The translations under genes were made by a program, and so were the position numbers. This document shows positions 12,701 to 23,813 of a stretch of 64,000 nucleotides of DNA, in pieces. The notes beneath the pieces were generated by a model that worked only from the letters and a program-made list of their open reading frames with translations, had not been told where the DNA came from and ran no database searches. The number at the start of each line of letters is the position of its first letter. The first letter of the stretch is position 1. The stretch comes from Psammoneis japonica (lineage: Eukaryota): assembly GCA_008632985.1 (NCBI GenBank), contig QPGO01000023.1, positions 341,266 through 405,265 on the forward strand, given 5' to 3'.

Positions 12701-14200
12701 TTTTGTGACAGCATGAAGAAAAAGCTGTTGGCGCAAGAACGTTGTCCAGCTTCTGAGAAAGGCAAGACACTTGTTGACAAGAGAGAGAGCAAGCAGCTGC
12801 TTCAGTGACTTTTAACTTTTGAGGAGCACAGCCAGCAGCAGAAGAGGCACACAGGTGGTTAAAAGGACAGCGAGGAGAGAGCCCAGCAGCTGCAAAGGGA
12901 GAAAGAGGAGCTGCAGACTGTGGCGAGTGTCAGCAAGAAGGGAGCTCCTGAAAGCAGCTTTGAAAACACACCAGCACAGAGGCAAAAAAGTTTTCAGCTG
13001 CAAGAGCAAGCAAAACAACAAGGTGGGCTCCAAGACAAAGGTGCAGAGGGTGGCTGTGGACACATTGTCATGAGAAATGATCCAGATCAGTCTGCAAAAA
13101 AACACTTTTTTGGGAAGAAGATGCACAAGCAGAAAACAAACTGGCATTTCCAGTGCTGCAAGTGTGGGCACTCTGAGCCAAAGGTGGGCAGTGGAGAACC
13201 AAGAGGTTGCAAAGTTGGCTGAGCAAGAAGGAGAAAAAAACAGAAAAGGTTGTCCACAGTCTTGCACAGATCCACATTGCCCCTGGTCCAAGGAGCTGAA
13301 GACATGATGAAAGGAGCAAGACTGGTGGCAGAGTGGTGGTCTGGTCATTGAGAGGACCTCCAAGGAGGTGCAGTCAGACTGCCTGGCATGTTGTTGGGAT
13401 CTTCTTCCTGCATGTGTGGCAGGGTGTGCTTTGCTTGACACCTGGGTGCCTTGGCTGCTCAACTGTGGCTGCATTTTGGGCACCATTGAAAAACAGTGGT
13501 TTTGCAAACCAGCCAGCTGCACACCAAATGCACGCATGATGCACACAAAGCTGTGAGCATGACAGACCAAGGTCAGCCAGAGGGGGCAAGGGCATGTGGG
13601 GAAGATCACAAGTCAGCTTTTGTGGTGGCACCAAACACAGCAAGGTTTTGGTTGGCCTTGAAGCACCCAACTGCAATCTTTTTGTCAAAAAAAAGAAATG
13701 CCAAAAATGCAGCAAAATCATGACTGTCAAAACAAAAACTCTGTGCTCCGCTGATGCTCAGACTTGCTTGTCATTGACACGATCTCTGGACTGGCAGCAG
13801 ATGGTGCTCAGGACAGGCCTTCCTTCCAGCAGCTCAGCATGCTGCCACTTGTTGTTCCACAGAAACAACAAAAAAGAGCTTCACTTCTGAGGAGCTGTGT
13901 TGTCAAGTGTGGCACCCAATTTTGGTTGGCTTCAAGCTGGAAAGCTGCATTGTGGTGTGCGATGGAGTGAACCTGCCCCTACACTGACAAATCTCCCCCC
14001 TCTGGATTTGACAGATGAAGGCAGCAGTGAAGAGCATCCAAGGGGACAGCTTCCACCTGCAATGGCTCTTGTCAAAAGACAATGGCTTCAGCCACCGGAT
14101 CAATCGGCGGACGAGTTTTGGGTCACAGCAAGAGTCATTTTGGTTGCTCTGAGAGAGTTGCTTCTGTGGCGATTCAGACCACAACGATTCTCCTGGTCAA
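9790..14200. mobile_element. Old, heavily mutated repeat/TE block depleted of both TpA and CpG
   Basis: About 9 TA in about 4.2 kb by manual count, very few CG, TG/CA-rich, no intact recognisable protein. Confidence 0.65.
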
Positions 14201-14423
14201 CAATGTTGCAAGAGCTCGAGCGAACTAACTGCTGGCATGAGACGAGGCAAACTGAAACTAGCTACTACACTGGAGGTATACGTATTCCAGCTCTAACAGC
14301 GGTGGCCTCTAAGATTATTAGTTTCACACTGCAGCAGTTAAGGCCTCAAAACGCTTCCAAAATCACTGTCGTTGTGTCATAAGAGTACGAAAAGTATGGG
14401 CACCAACTCCACGTCGCGAACAT

Positions 14424-15188
14424 TCAGACGCCGTCTGTAGACATGAATGTTCCTATTCCTTCCCAAAAGATTGGTGACGAAGGATTAGCCAGCCATTCAG
14501 ATGTTGGTGTGCGATCAATAGTACGAGAAGCATCGTGACTTGTTCTCCCAGTGCCATTCCGCCATTCCGACCAAGCTTCGAAAGACTTCCACAGAGTACA
14601 GGTTGAATAATTGAATGGATCATCACATGAATGGTCTAGAATTTGATGCTGCTTTCGAAGAAGAGAAAATCCAAGGAACCCTGGTTGCCATGGAAGCTTC
14701 GTTTCTCGCTCAGCCCATCGTTTCTCGAAAAGTTTCTCACATCCAGGCTTGACTGAAAAGCGATTCATCGCCACAAAGCAGGTATCAATGGGACTACCGA
14801 AACTGTCGTTTGGAGTCAAAAGAAGCGTAGCTTCCCACACCCGATTCTCGTTAGGGGTGTTAACGAGATCCCTTTCACCAGGTAATGGGGTGATGGTTAA
14901 CGTGGCATAGTTCCCTTCTTCCGCCCCGTGCACAATTTTTCTTCCGTACAATTCGATCCCATCTCTTCTTTTCAGCAGTGTCCCAAAACGCACGTTGCTG
15001 TCAGCTTTAGGATTACAATGCAGCCCTTCAAACTCAGTTTTGTCCTTTTGGTCAACACGATAAAGCTTGAGGTCGACAAGACGCGAAGCGGGGAATAATG
15101 TTGGTCTTGTTTGATGTGTCGTTGATGCAATTGCCGCTACGGACCACACGCTGGCCGTCACAATCAAGATTTTCAGTGATAAAATCAT
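14424..15188 (-). CDS. Antibiotic biosynthesis monooxygenase (ABM/IsdG-like) domain protein with N-terminal signal peptide
   Basis: FVAMNRFSVKPGCEKLFEKRWAERETKL..PGFLGFSLLRK...TLWKSFEAWSEW is an ABM fold; hydrophobic N-terminus. Confidence 0.75.
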   Translation of the reverse strand: MILSLKILIVTASVWSVAAIASTTHQTRPTLFPASRLVDLKLYRVDQKDKTEFEGLHCNPKADSNVRFGTLLKRRDGIELYGRKIVHGAEEGNYATLTITPLPGERDLVNTPNENRVWEATLLLTPNDSFGSPIDTCFVAMNRFSVKPGCEKLFEKRWAERETKLPWQPGFLGFSLLRKQHQILDHSCDDPFNYSTCTLWKSFEAWSEWRNGTGRTSHDASRTIDRTPTSEWLANPSSPIFWEGIGTFMSTDGV

Positions 15189-15599
15189 CGCGTATACTAC
15201 GACACTTCACCTATGATAGAGTAGGGACTGCGAATCTTGCACAAGTCGAGGATGCTGCTTTTGTTATGAAGGGCTCGATACTCGATACCGTCATCTGCCA
15301 GAAGTTCGATGATGGTCTCGGCATCAAGGAATGCAAATGCGAAGCATCATCGCGAGATACTGTATTATGAGTCGCGAGTCGTCGCGATCGATCGCGGACA
15401 TCATCGATCGACGGGCGGACGCATCCCATGAGGAGCTTCTTTTCTCTTTTCTATCTTCCTCTCTACTTTTAGAGAGCAAGCAAGTGAGTATGGCTGGAAT
15501 TGATTTTTTGAAATTTGGAGTAGATTTCTACGTAAGTAGCACAACACGTCACCAAGTTGAAGTTCATTTTATTGGCGGGAAAACAAAAAGCACGAGAAT

Positions 15600-17200
15600 T
15601 GTCACGTGCCCGGTCTCTCGACGATGGTGCTCACAGCTTCTTGAAAATCCATGGCTTTTTGCACTACGACCTGTGCCCACCTTACCAACCCACTTGTGAA
15701 GCTCCCTGAGGGCCGAAGTGCAAAAACCCATCATGTCTGATGTCAGAAAATCGTTCGCATCAAAACACATGCATCGGCTGTTCTTGGATTCTCGCGTTCA
15801 GAATCAATGGATGCCAGCAGGCCTGTGGGCAGAGTGCTGCAATACAAAATTCAACATCAATGATGAGAGAGTCGAAACCATGGTTGGACAGTTGAAGAAG
15901 CCGTGTGGCAGCATCAACGGGGTTTCGAGTTTGACGGAAGAGAACAACATTGTTGATGACGGGGTGAATTTGTGCGAAACGGAACACCAACATGGCAGTC
16001 AAGCCCAACCCCTTTTCCCTCTTTGCAAATTACTTGAAGCTGCTCAAGGACGATGACAAAGCCCATGCATCCCGGTTCTGCACCTGCCTGCAAGACTGTT
16101 TTTTGGGATTGCAAACTCCCGAACCTCCGTTTGGACACGAGAATCTCAGTCACTTTGTCGGATCCAAGTCTTTGGCAAAAACCGTTGACACGTGCCATCA
16201 TCTTGCAAACCCAAGTCGTTCTTTGCCGCAGAGCATCAGCAAGGGCATCGTGGGTTCACTTTCAATGGGTGCAATTTAGGATGAGACGATTTTCAGGATT
16301 GCAGCTGCCTGCCAATCAACTGGCATCATGCTTTTGAATCACCAACAACGATGGCTCGTTGTTGTGCTGCTAGAGGCTTGTCTGCACTGCCATCTGCACG
16401 CTTCAAGAACGAATTGGCTGCTTGTGCCTTCTCTGCCAATGGATGTGTGTTTGGGTTGAGCAGTTGGCAGATGGGAACGGGCACAAGTTCCGTCTCTGAG
16501 TGCACAACCTAAACAACACTGCCAAACTGATCAAAGGAGTGCAAGCACTGCTGTCATAGCTCTAGAACAGTTTTTTAAATTCAAGAACGAGTGGGTCTAC
16601 CTGCCCCCGTGGCATCGGTAGAAGAGAGCAAAGCCAAGGGTGGCATCAAGCAACGACGGCATTTGAGGCACCAGCAACTGTCGACAATCATTTCACAATT
16701 CAAAGATGTGACAGTGCTTCATTGCACACTCTTCCTGTGGAGATACTTGCCTCTTGTGAAGATTTCTCGAAAGGAACTACGCTACTTCAGCATCACGCAC
16801 ATCGCATGGGAGCACCGGTGCGCGTGATCTTGACTCCAAAATGTCACTCTGAATTCTGAATTGGCGTGGGAAGGTGCAGAACATCTTTGGGCTTGTGCAA
16901 AAGGTGAGTGTCAAAAACTTTTCCTGTCACAGAAATAGGAAAAGAGAATTTCAAGAAATCTGTTAGGCACTGCTTGTTGGATGAGGTGTAGAGAAGCGCA
17001 CACGTAAGTTTGCAAAGAGAGCACCACGGCACATCCAGGCTTGCCATGCAACTGACAATGGACATGTTGAGGACACCAAGAGGGTCCATGAATTTGGACC
17101 CACTCCCAACTGAGAGGTCTGTAAGATTTGGACCCGTTGCACTCGACAAGACGCACCGGTGTGCTGTTGCTTTTGGTTTAAAGTTTGCATCAACAGCGTC
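15600..17200. mobile_element. Partially TpA-depleted intergenic block, probable repeat relic
   Basis: About 8 TA in 15601-16550 versus about 28 per kb in the adjacent ABM gene; CpG largely retained; broken ORFs. Confidence 0.4.
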
Positions 17201-17535
17201 GCCGAAGGCGATGTTATAATGCTTCGAAGCGTTGCGATCAGGCATGAATTTTCGAAATCACGTAGCCGCGGTAGAATTTGTACGGGGACAAAGATATAAC
17301 GGTTGATCTTGCTCACTATCAACATTTGAGAGCTAATTACATTTTATACCAGATTACGTAGAATGCTACTCCACAAAGCGGCAGCAAAATTCCAGCCATA
17401 GCTCTACTCTAGAGTAGAAGTCGCTAAGAAGTTAGAAAGTAGGGAAGGCAGTTAATTGGAGTGGCTTGTCTATGTTCCAGCTACTAGAAGTAGGTCCTTG
17501 TGCCACCTCGTCGCACATGTCGTTTTTATGTCCTA

Positions 17536-19735
17536 TTATTTATCAGTTTCTTTCCCAACGCACAATGAATCTGCCGCAGCTCTAAGTCTTTCGGAAGCAA
17601 CTCGTACCTGCTCTTCTGCAAGACCGTTATCTTTTTCATCGATAGCTTGTTGAATGCCCGGAAATGCTTGCGCTGCATACCCGAGGAACACACCAGGAGC
17701 CTGCAGCACATGTCGGAACCACGGCCTCTTTGGCAGCCCTACTTCTATTAAAAACTTGCGCTCGGTCAATCCAATTTTCTCATTGCATGCTATTGAATCA
17801 AGGGCGTTGCTGTCACACGCCTCGTGCAAAGAACTCGCGGCCAGCCGATACTGCTGGACAGCCTCATCGAGCTCCTTAAGATCCAACCCAAACTCATGCT
17901 CGCGAATGGTGTCTCTATAGTGTAGTAGAGCCGTTCCCTGAACCATGTGGTCTAATGGCAATACGGGTGAATCAGCCAGTCGTAATGCCAAGAGTCCCCA
18001 TATTTTGGAAGCAAACGCCATTAAAGGGAACGCAGATCCGGCCTCCGTATCAACACCTCCATAAGCTTCCATCCAAGAAAACGAGTCATAAATGGAATGG
18101 TATTGCCCATACGTCGTTCTCTTCCCGAACTGGAAATCAAGACTTGCAATGCCAAAATGATCAAGAAATGCTGTGTAGTCGCTGCCAGATCCGAGCATTT
18201 TGATCCGGGGATGATTCATGACCCAATTCGCATTGGCATCAATAATGTCACCTCGAGGTGCATTTTGAAAGGGCGTTGAGTGCGTGGCGGATGCATTCAA
18301 ATCGTCCAGGACCCCTTCCCAAAGAGTCGCAAGCGCAGGCGTCGCCGAGACCGTCAAGATATCACCCGAGACCACAGTGTCAACATTTAAATAGGCGACG
18401 GCCCGTTCGATACGATCTTGATTCAGCTCAGCCCAACCCGTGCTTCCAAGAAGGCCATACTCTTCCCCTGACCACGATAACAAGTAAATGGATCGAAGGG
18501 GCGTCCATCCGGTCTGAAGGAGCTTTCCGAGTCCTCTCGCCACCTCAATAAGGGACGCTGTTCCGCTGTTTGGATCTGCCGCGCCATAAACCCTGAACAA
18601 GCAATGCGCATGGAATAATGAGAACTGCACAGTATCTAGCTTCAAAGAAAACCAGAGGACAGCCACCACGCTCTTACCAGGCATCGCGATGATTTCCCAA
18701 AAGCACAGGCATGTCCAAGTCTGCTTTCAGTGATCCGGGAATATACCCTACAACGTTTGGAATGCTGCTGATCTGTTCCTTGTTGTTAACAACCAACTGA
18801 ATCACAGAGTCTTCAGAAGGACCAACTCGGTAGGTAATGTTCAATCCGCCGACAAAGGCTGTTCCTCCGACCTGCACAGCTGGTTTTCCTCCCAATCTAC
18901 TCAACAACGGTTTGGCATCACCGTAGCTCATGGGGACGCTGGGAATCCTTGGAATCAAGTCAGTGTAATCCTCCACACCACACAGGCTTTGTACTGTTTG
19001 TGAACCATATCGAGGGTCCGCACGCATGGGATCACCTGCACACTTTGAATTAAACTGGACAGATCCCCGCTGTACACCGGACGGAGGACGCCACGGCCCG
19101 TCGGGGTACACTTTTCCTTGTCCCGTTCCATCATCTGCGGGATCACTGTAGATAATGACAGCCAAGGCTCCACGTTCCTGAGCATTCATGACTTTTAACC
19201 CACGAAAGCACTGTCCATACCGAACAATCACAATCTTGCCTTCAACGTCGACTCCTGCACGTTTCAAGGCATCAAAATCCTGAGGACGTCCGTAATTGGC
19301 GTATACAAGTGGAGCAGTTACATTGCCACTCGGACTGTAGCCATGAAAGGTATGATTGCGCCAGTCAGTGTCGCTCGTATCATCAAAGTCCATCGTTTCT
19401 TCGCTTAGATTGGCCTTGTACAACACATCGTTTGATAGAGACAACATGTTGACTTGAGGAGCCGACTGCGGATAATTCAAAAACACATCCATGTGAAAGA
19501 TAGTAACATTTGGAATTCCAGCATCCTCAAACTGCTTCATGACAAATTCAGCCATTGTGTGGTCCCCTGCAGTGCCTGCAACGTGTGGCATGGACGTGAT
19601 GAAGCGCAGATTTCGCCTCGCCGTCTCTGCGTCGGGAACATTGAGAAAGGTACTTTCTGTGGGACTAATGGATCCCTTTACATTCGAGAAAAGTTGAAGA
19701 ACTGCCAAGAAGGCGAATGCTGATCGTTTCGTCAT
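17536..19735 (-). CDS. Glutamate carboxypeptidase II-like peptidase (M28B; PA, M28 and TFR-dimer domains), exons 19735-18678 and 18592-17536
   Basis: PHVAGT, LVYANYGRPQDF, GNHRDAW|VYGAADPNSGTA (across a GT-AG intron), SWSGEEYGLLGS, GSGSDY, YHSIYD, RPWFRHVLQAP; signal peptide. Confidence 0.92.
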
Positions 19736-20122
19736 CTTTACGGCCGGCGTTGTTGACTTCCAACAAGGTACCTGCCTAAAAATGTTCATCGTCGTTCGTC
19801 ATCGTTGAGCTCTGTGCACTGTGCACAAAATTTTCAATTTCGCTCAACCCACGCGGACGCCGTACGAACCTCATTTTTGATGACGTAATCTATCGCGCCT
19901 TGCGTGCGTGCATCTTTTAACGGTCGCGTCTGCCCATCCCACCAAACCACGCACGTGTTTTTCGCCGCACATTTCTAACGTGAATTCTACGTGGATCCTG
20001 GTACTCAAGAGTCGGTGAGTTGTCAGAAACGCGGAATTGATGGTTCTTGTGATGTGCCAGTGAACGAAGACAACACATCCGTTGGTTGTTGCTGGCGGTG
20101 TTGTGATTAGTCAATCGACAGG

Positions 20123-21563
20123 ATGAGATTCTCCATCAATACCGTGAGCGTTTGGTTGGCTACAGTAGGCGCTGTGGCCTTTACTGCTTCGGGTAAGAAA
20201 AATCTGTGGCGACAGAAAATGTTCTTGAAAAAGTACCGTTCAGAAAGTCGAGCATCTTTTGATGGGTGAAATTTGAGCTGTAGTTATTGTTGACAGAGTT
20301 ATTTGCATTTTATCTAACTTAGTCGCTTTTCTTGTATCTTTATTCTGCAGCTTTTACCACTCCTTGTCCAGCTTTTGTCGCACGCTCGGTTTCCAAATCT
20401 GCTGGTACAACTTCCGTATCACACCCTGCCGGATGTTCTTGCTCGGGATGCACCGGAATTCACCAGCCAGGCTGCGCCTGTCCTTCTTGCATGAGTGCTT
20501 CCCACCCGGTAAGCAACGTGCCATTGATTTCGTATGGCTTCTGTATTTTAGAAGTTTGCAGTGTCTCTTACAGATGCTCTTGTTGACTCCTTAATGTTCT
20601 TTGATGATGTAGACCTCATGCTCATGCGCCTCCTGCTCGTCCCGTGTTCAGACTCGCCTCTTTGCAGATGCCACTGATGAAGCCGTAACTGAAGCGTTTG
20701 CTACACAAGATGATGTTCCCGTGGAAGTGGAAGCTATGGATGGAATCGAGTCTCGGGATGAAGCACACAATGCCGAACGCAATTCTCGTGGATCCCTAAA
20801 GAAGCACAAGCGAGAACCCAAGGGTACGGCACTAGCTGACCTTGAGGTGGGTGCCCAAGTGACGGGTACCGTCAAGAAGATTGCAACCTATGGTGCCTTT
20901 GTGGACATTGGAGCCCAGTCTGACGGACTCTTGCATATTTCACGCATGGCGGAGGATTTTGTGAGTGATGTGAATGATATCCTCAAGGAGGGCGAGTCTG
21001 TGGATGTTCGTATTGCTGCCGTGGATACCAACAAGAACCAAATCTCCCTCAGTATGATAACGGAAGAAGCAGAGAACCGTGCCAAGGAATCTCAGGCCAA
21101 GCAGCAAAAGAGGGGTGGTGGCGGTGGCCGTCGTGACTACAGTGCTGTCTTGGGACAGTTGCAGGAGAAGGGATGGGACAGCGACGCTTTTGTTGAGGGT
21201 GAAGTTGAAAGGACTCTTGACTTTGGTGCCTTTGTGAAGATTGACTCGAGTCTCTTAAACTCGGAAGTTGAGGGTGACATGGACGGTCTTGTGCACATTT
21301 CGGCGCTTTCGGTTGGACGCGTCGACTCTGTTACTGACGTTGTCAAGCCTGGAGATAAGGTGCAGGTCCGCGTCAAGAGCATTGCAGATGGCAAGGTTTC
21401 TCTCAGTATGGTCAGTGCCGAGGATGAGAGGCCGCGCCGTGGACGCCCTGATCGGGAGCCCGTCTTTGAGGGCGCCAAGGACTGGAAGGAATCGTTAGAA
21501 AAGGTGCAGGGATCAATGCCCTCCTTCCAGAACTTGCCACTTGTGATAGATAACCGCAAGTGA
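20123..21563 (+). CDS. Plastid-targeted protein with two S1 RNA-binding domains (exons 20123-20192, 20351-20508, 20613-21563)
   Basis: The spliced N-terminus MRFSINTVSVWLATVGAVAFTAS-AFTT is a signal peptide plus ASAF motif. S1 motifs are YGAFVDIGAQSDGLLHIS and FGAFVKID...DGLVHIS. Both introns keep frame. Confidence 0.85.
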
Positions 21564-22013
21564 GCATGCCGCCGAATACGCCGCGTAGAGTAAACGCATT
21601 GTCGTTTGGTCGAGATTGGGATACAGTAGGAACCTTTTCCAGCGCGTAATGCATTTCAGTGAACCTTTTATACTGTAGCACGTGAATCCCTGGTTTTCTA
21701 CAGTAGTGCACAACCTGCATCTGTGCTACTGCAAGCTTTGCTCTCTAACAATCTTGTTCGCATTATAGGAAGGACTTGCTTTTGTTTGAAGTTTTGTGGT
21801 CAAGCAATCATAATCTCCCGCGCTCCAAGGCCGTTTTCGCTCGCTACGCTCGAGGGCCATACTACTGCGAAGATTATTCTGCGTGCACACATTCGATGTT
21901 GGCGCGGAGCGGTTAGATCTTTTTGTGAATCATCGACCTGCAATGCTATACTGGCCTTACTGTACTTTGTTTTCTCATTGACACTGCCCATCTAGATTCG
22001 ACCAAAAGCGGAC

Positions 22014-23786
22014 ATGATTCAACGTGTTTGGATCCGTTTTGCATCCTCGTTTCTTATATCGACGGCGTCTGCACTAAGTATGAGTGCCAACCGAGTGACT
22101 TATGATTTGGTGGTGATTGGTGGTGGGGCTGCGGGGTTAACAGCCGCAAAGTTCGCAGCAACTTTCAAAAAGAAAGTGGTGCTGATCGAAAAGGAAAAAC
22201 TGGGGGGAGACTGCACGTGGACGGGATGCGTACCGTCAAAGTCTTTGATTGCTAGTGCCAAGGCCGCCCATACAGCAAGAAATGCCAAAAAGTATGGCAT
22301 TACAACATCTAATGTCAAGGCGGACATGAAGGCTGTACGAGACCGATTGCGAGCAAACATTGACAAGATTTATCAAGAAGATGATTCGCCAGAAGCCATG
22401 GTAAGCCTAGGAATTGACACAATCATTGGTAATGCTGAATTCTCGTCGAAAGATACAGTTCGTGTGCAAGATCAAACCGGACGGGAAACCGTTGTCGAAG
22501 CTAAGCAGGGTATTGTCTTGGCGACTGGCGCCAAACCTCGGCGACCAACCGATACGATTCCTGGATTGGATTCCACAAACTATGTTACCTATGAAGAAAT
22601 TTTTGATTTGGATAAACTGCCCAAGACACTTACAGTAGTAGGTGGTGGTCCGGTAGGTGAAACGAAGGATGGTCCGAATGTAACAATGCGATGACAAATT
22701 TTCGTCACTCACCATGTTGCCTGACTTTGGATGCGTTTCCATAGATTGGTTGTGAACTAGCGCAATGCTTTGCTCGATTTGGGTCAAAAGTGACTCAAGT
22801 CGCAAACCGGTAAGAAGTCAAGGTTTTCAGTCGCTTCATTTTCATTTTGGTAGAGGCGACTTCTCTCACTCTAGATCTTGCCGTAGACTAGTTCCAAAAG
22901 AAGACATGGCCGTTAGTCGGATACTTGAAGAGGTCTTCGAGGACGAGGGAATAAAATTAGTACGGGGAAGTCTTACAGAGGTAGCTGCTGACGGAGAAGG
23001 CCACGTTGCCAAGTGCTCTCTTGAGGATGGCACATCGACAACCGTCAAAGGTGATTTGATGCTTGTGGCAGTGGGAAGAATACCCAATGTCAATGGAATG
23101 AGGTTGAAAGAAATTGGTATCAAGATTAACGACCGCGGCGGTATCTGTGTTGACAAAAAGCTGCAGACTAGCGTCGCCAAAGTCTATGCCGCGGGTGACT
23201 GCACAGGAGACAAACAGTTTACTCATTATGCCGGATATCAAGGTGCGATCGCTGCAAGAAACATTCTCCTTCCACTGAGCGACGCAGGGATCATGGAATG
23301 TGTACCAGCCGCGACTTTCACGAGTCCAGAGGTGGGTAAAATTTGGTTCGATCCGCCTTTTCCTCATCAATCTAATGCATCTTTTGATTTGTATTTGCCG
23401 TGCGCTAGATTGCTTCTGTAGGCTTGCTAGAAGACGCAGCAAAAGCGGAGTTTGGTGATGAGGCGGTACGAGTGTCTGTTACGCATCTTTCCGATGTGGA
23501 CAGAGCTGTATGTGATGGAGAAGAACGAGGTCTCCTTAAAATTGTGTATCTCAAGAAGAATTTGAGGATAGTCGGGGCAACAATAATGTGTCCGTCGGCT
23601 GGAGAAATGATATCCCAAATCAGTCTCGCCATGAAGGCAAGCTTAACCTTCGATCAGTTGGCGACAGTAATGCTGGCGTATCCAGCATACAGTGTTGCCG
23701 TGCAACTTATGGCAGCCGATGTTTACTACAAGAAGACTGTGAAAAGCAAGCCACTGTACGAGTTTTTGAAGCGGTTAGGACTGTAA
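22014..23786 (+). CDS. Class I pyridine nucleotide-disulfide oxidoreductase (mercuric reductase/dihydrolipoyl dehydrogenase-like), exons 22014-22652, 22745-22809, 22887-23331, 23409-23786
   Basis: GGGAAG FAD motif, GGDCTWTGCVPSK redox disulfide, GGGP|IGCELAQ, YAAGDC, FTSPE|IASVG; three frame-preserving GT-AG introns. Confidence 0.9.
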
Positions 23787-23813
23787 CACCAGACTCTGTT
23801 ACTGTAACGGGAC

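Noticed and set aside
9820..14184. Many 100-290 aa Cys/His-rich ORFs as genes
   Set aside because: They overlap in all frames, have no recognisable domain, and are explained by loss of TAA/TAG stops
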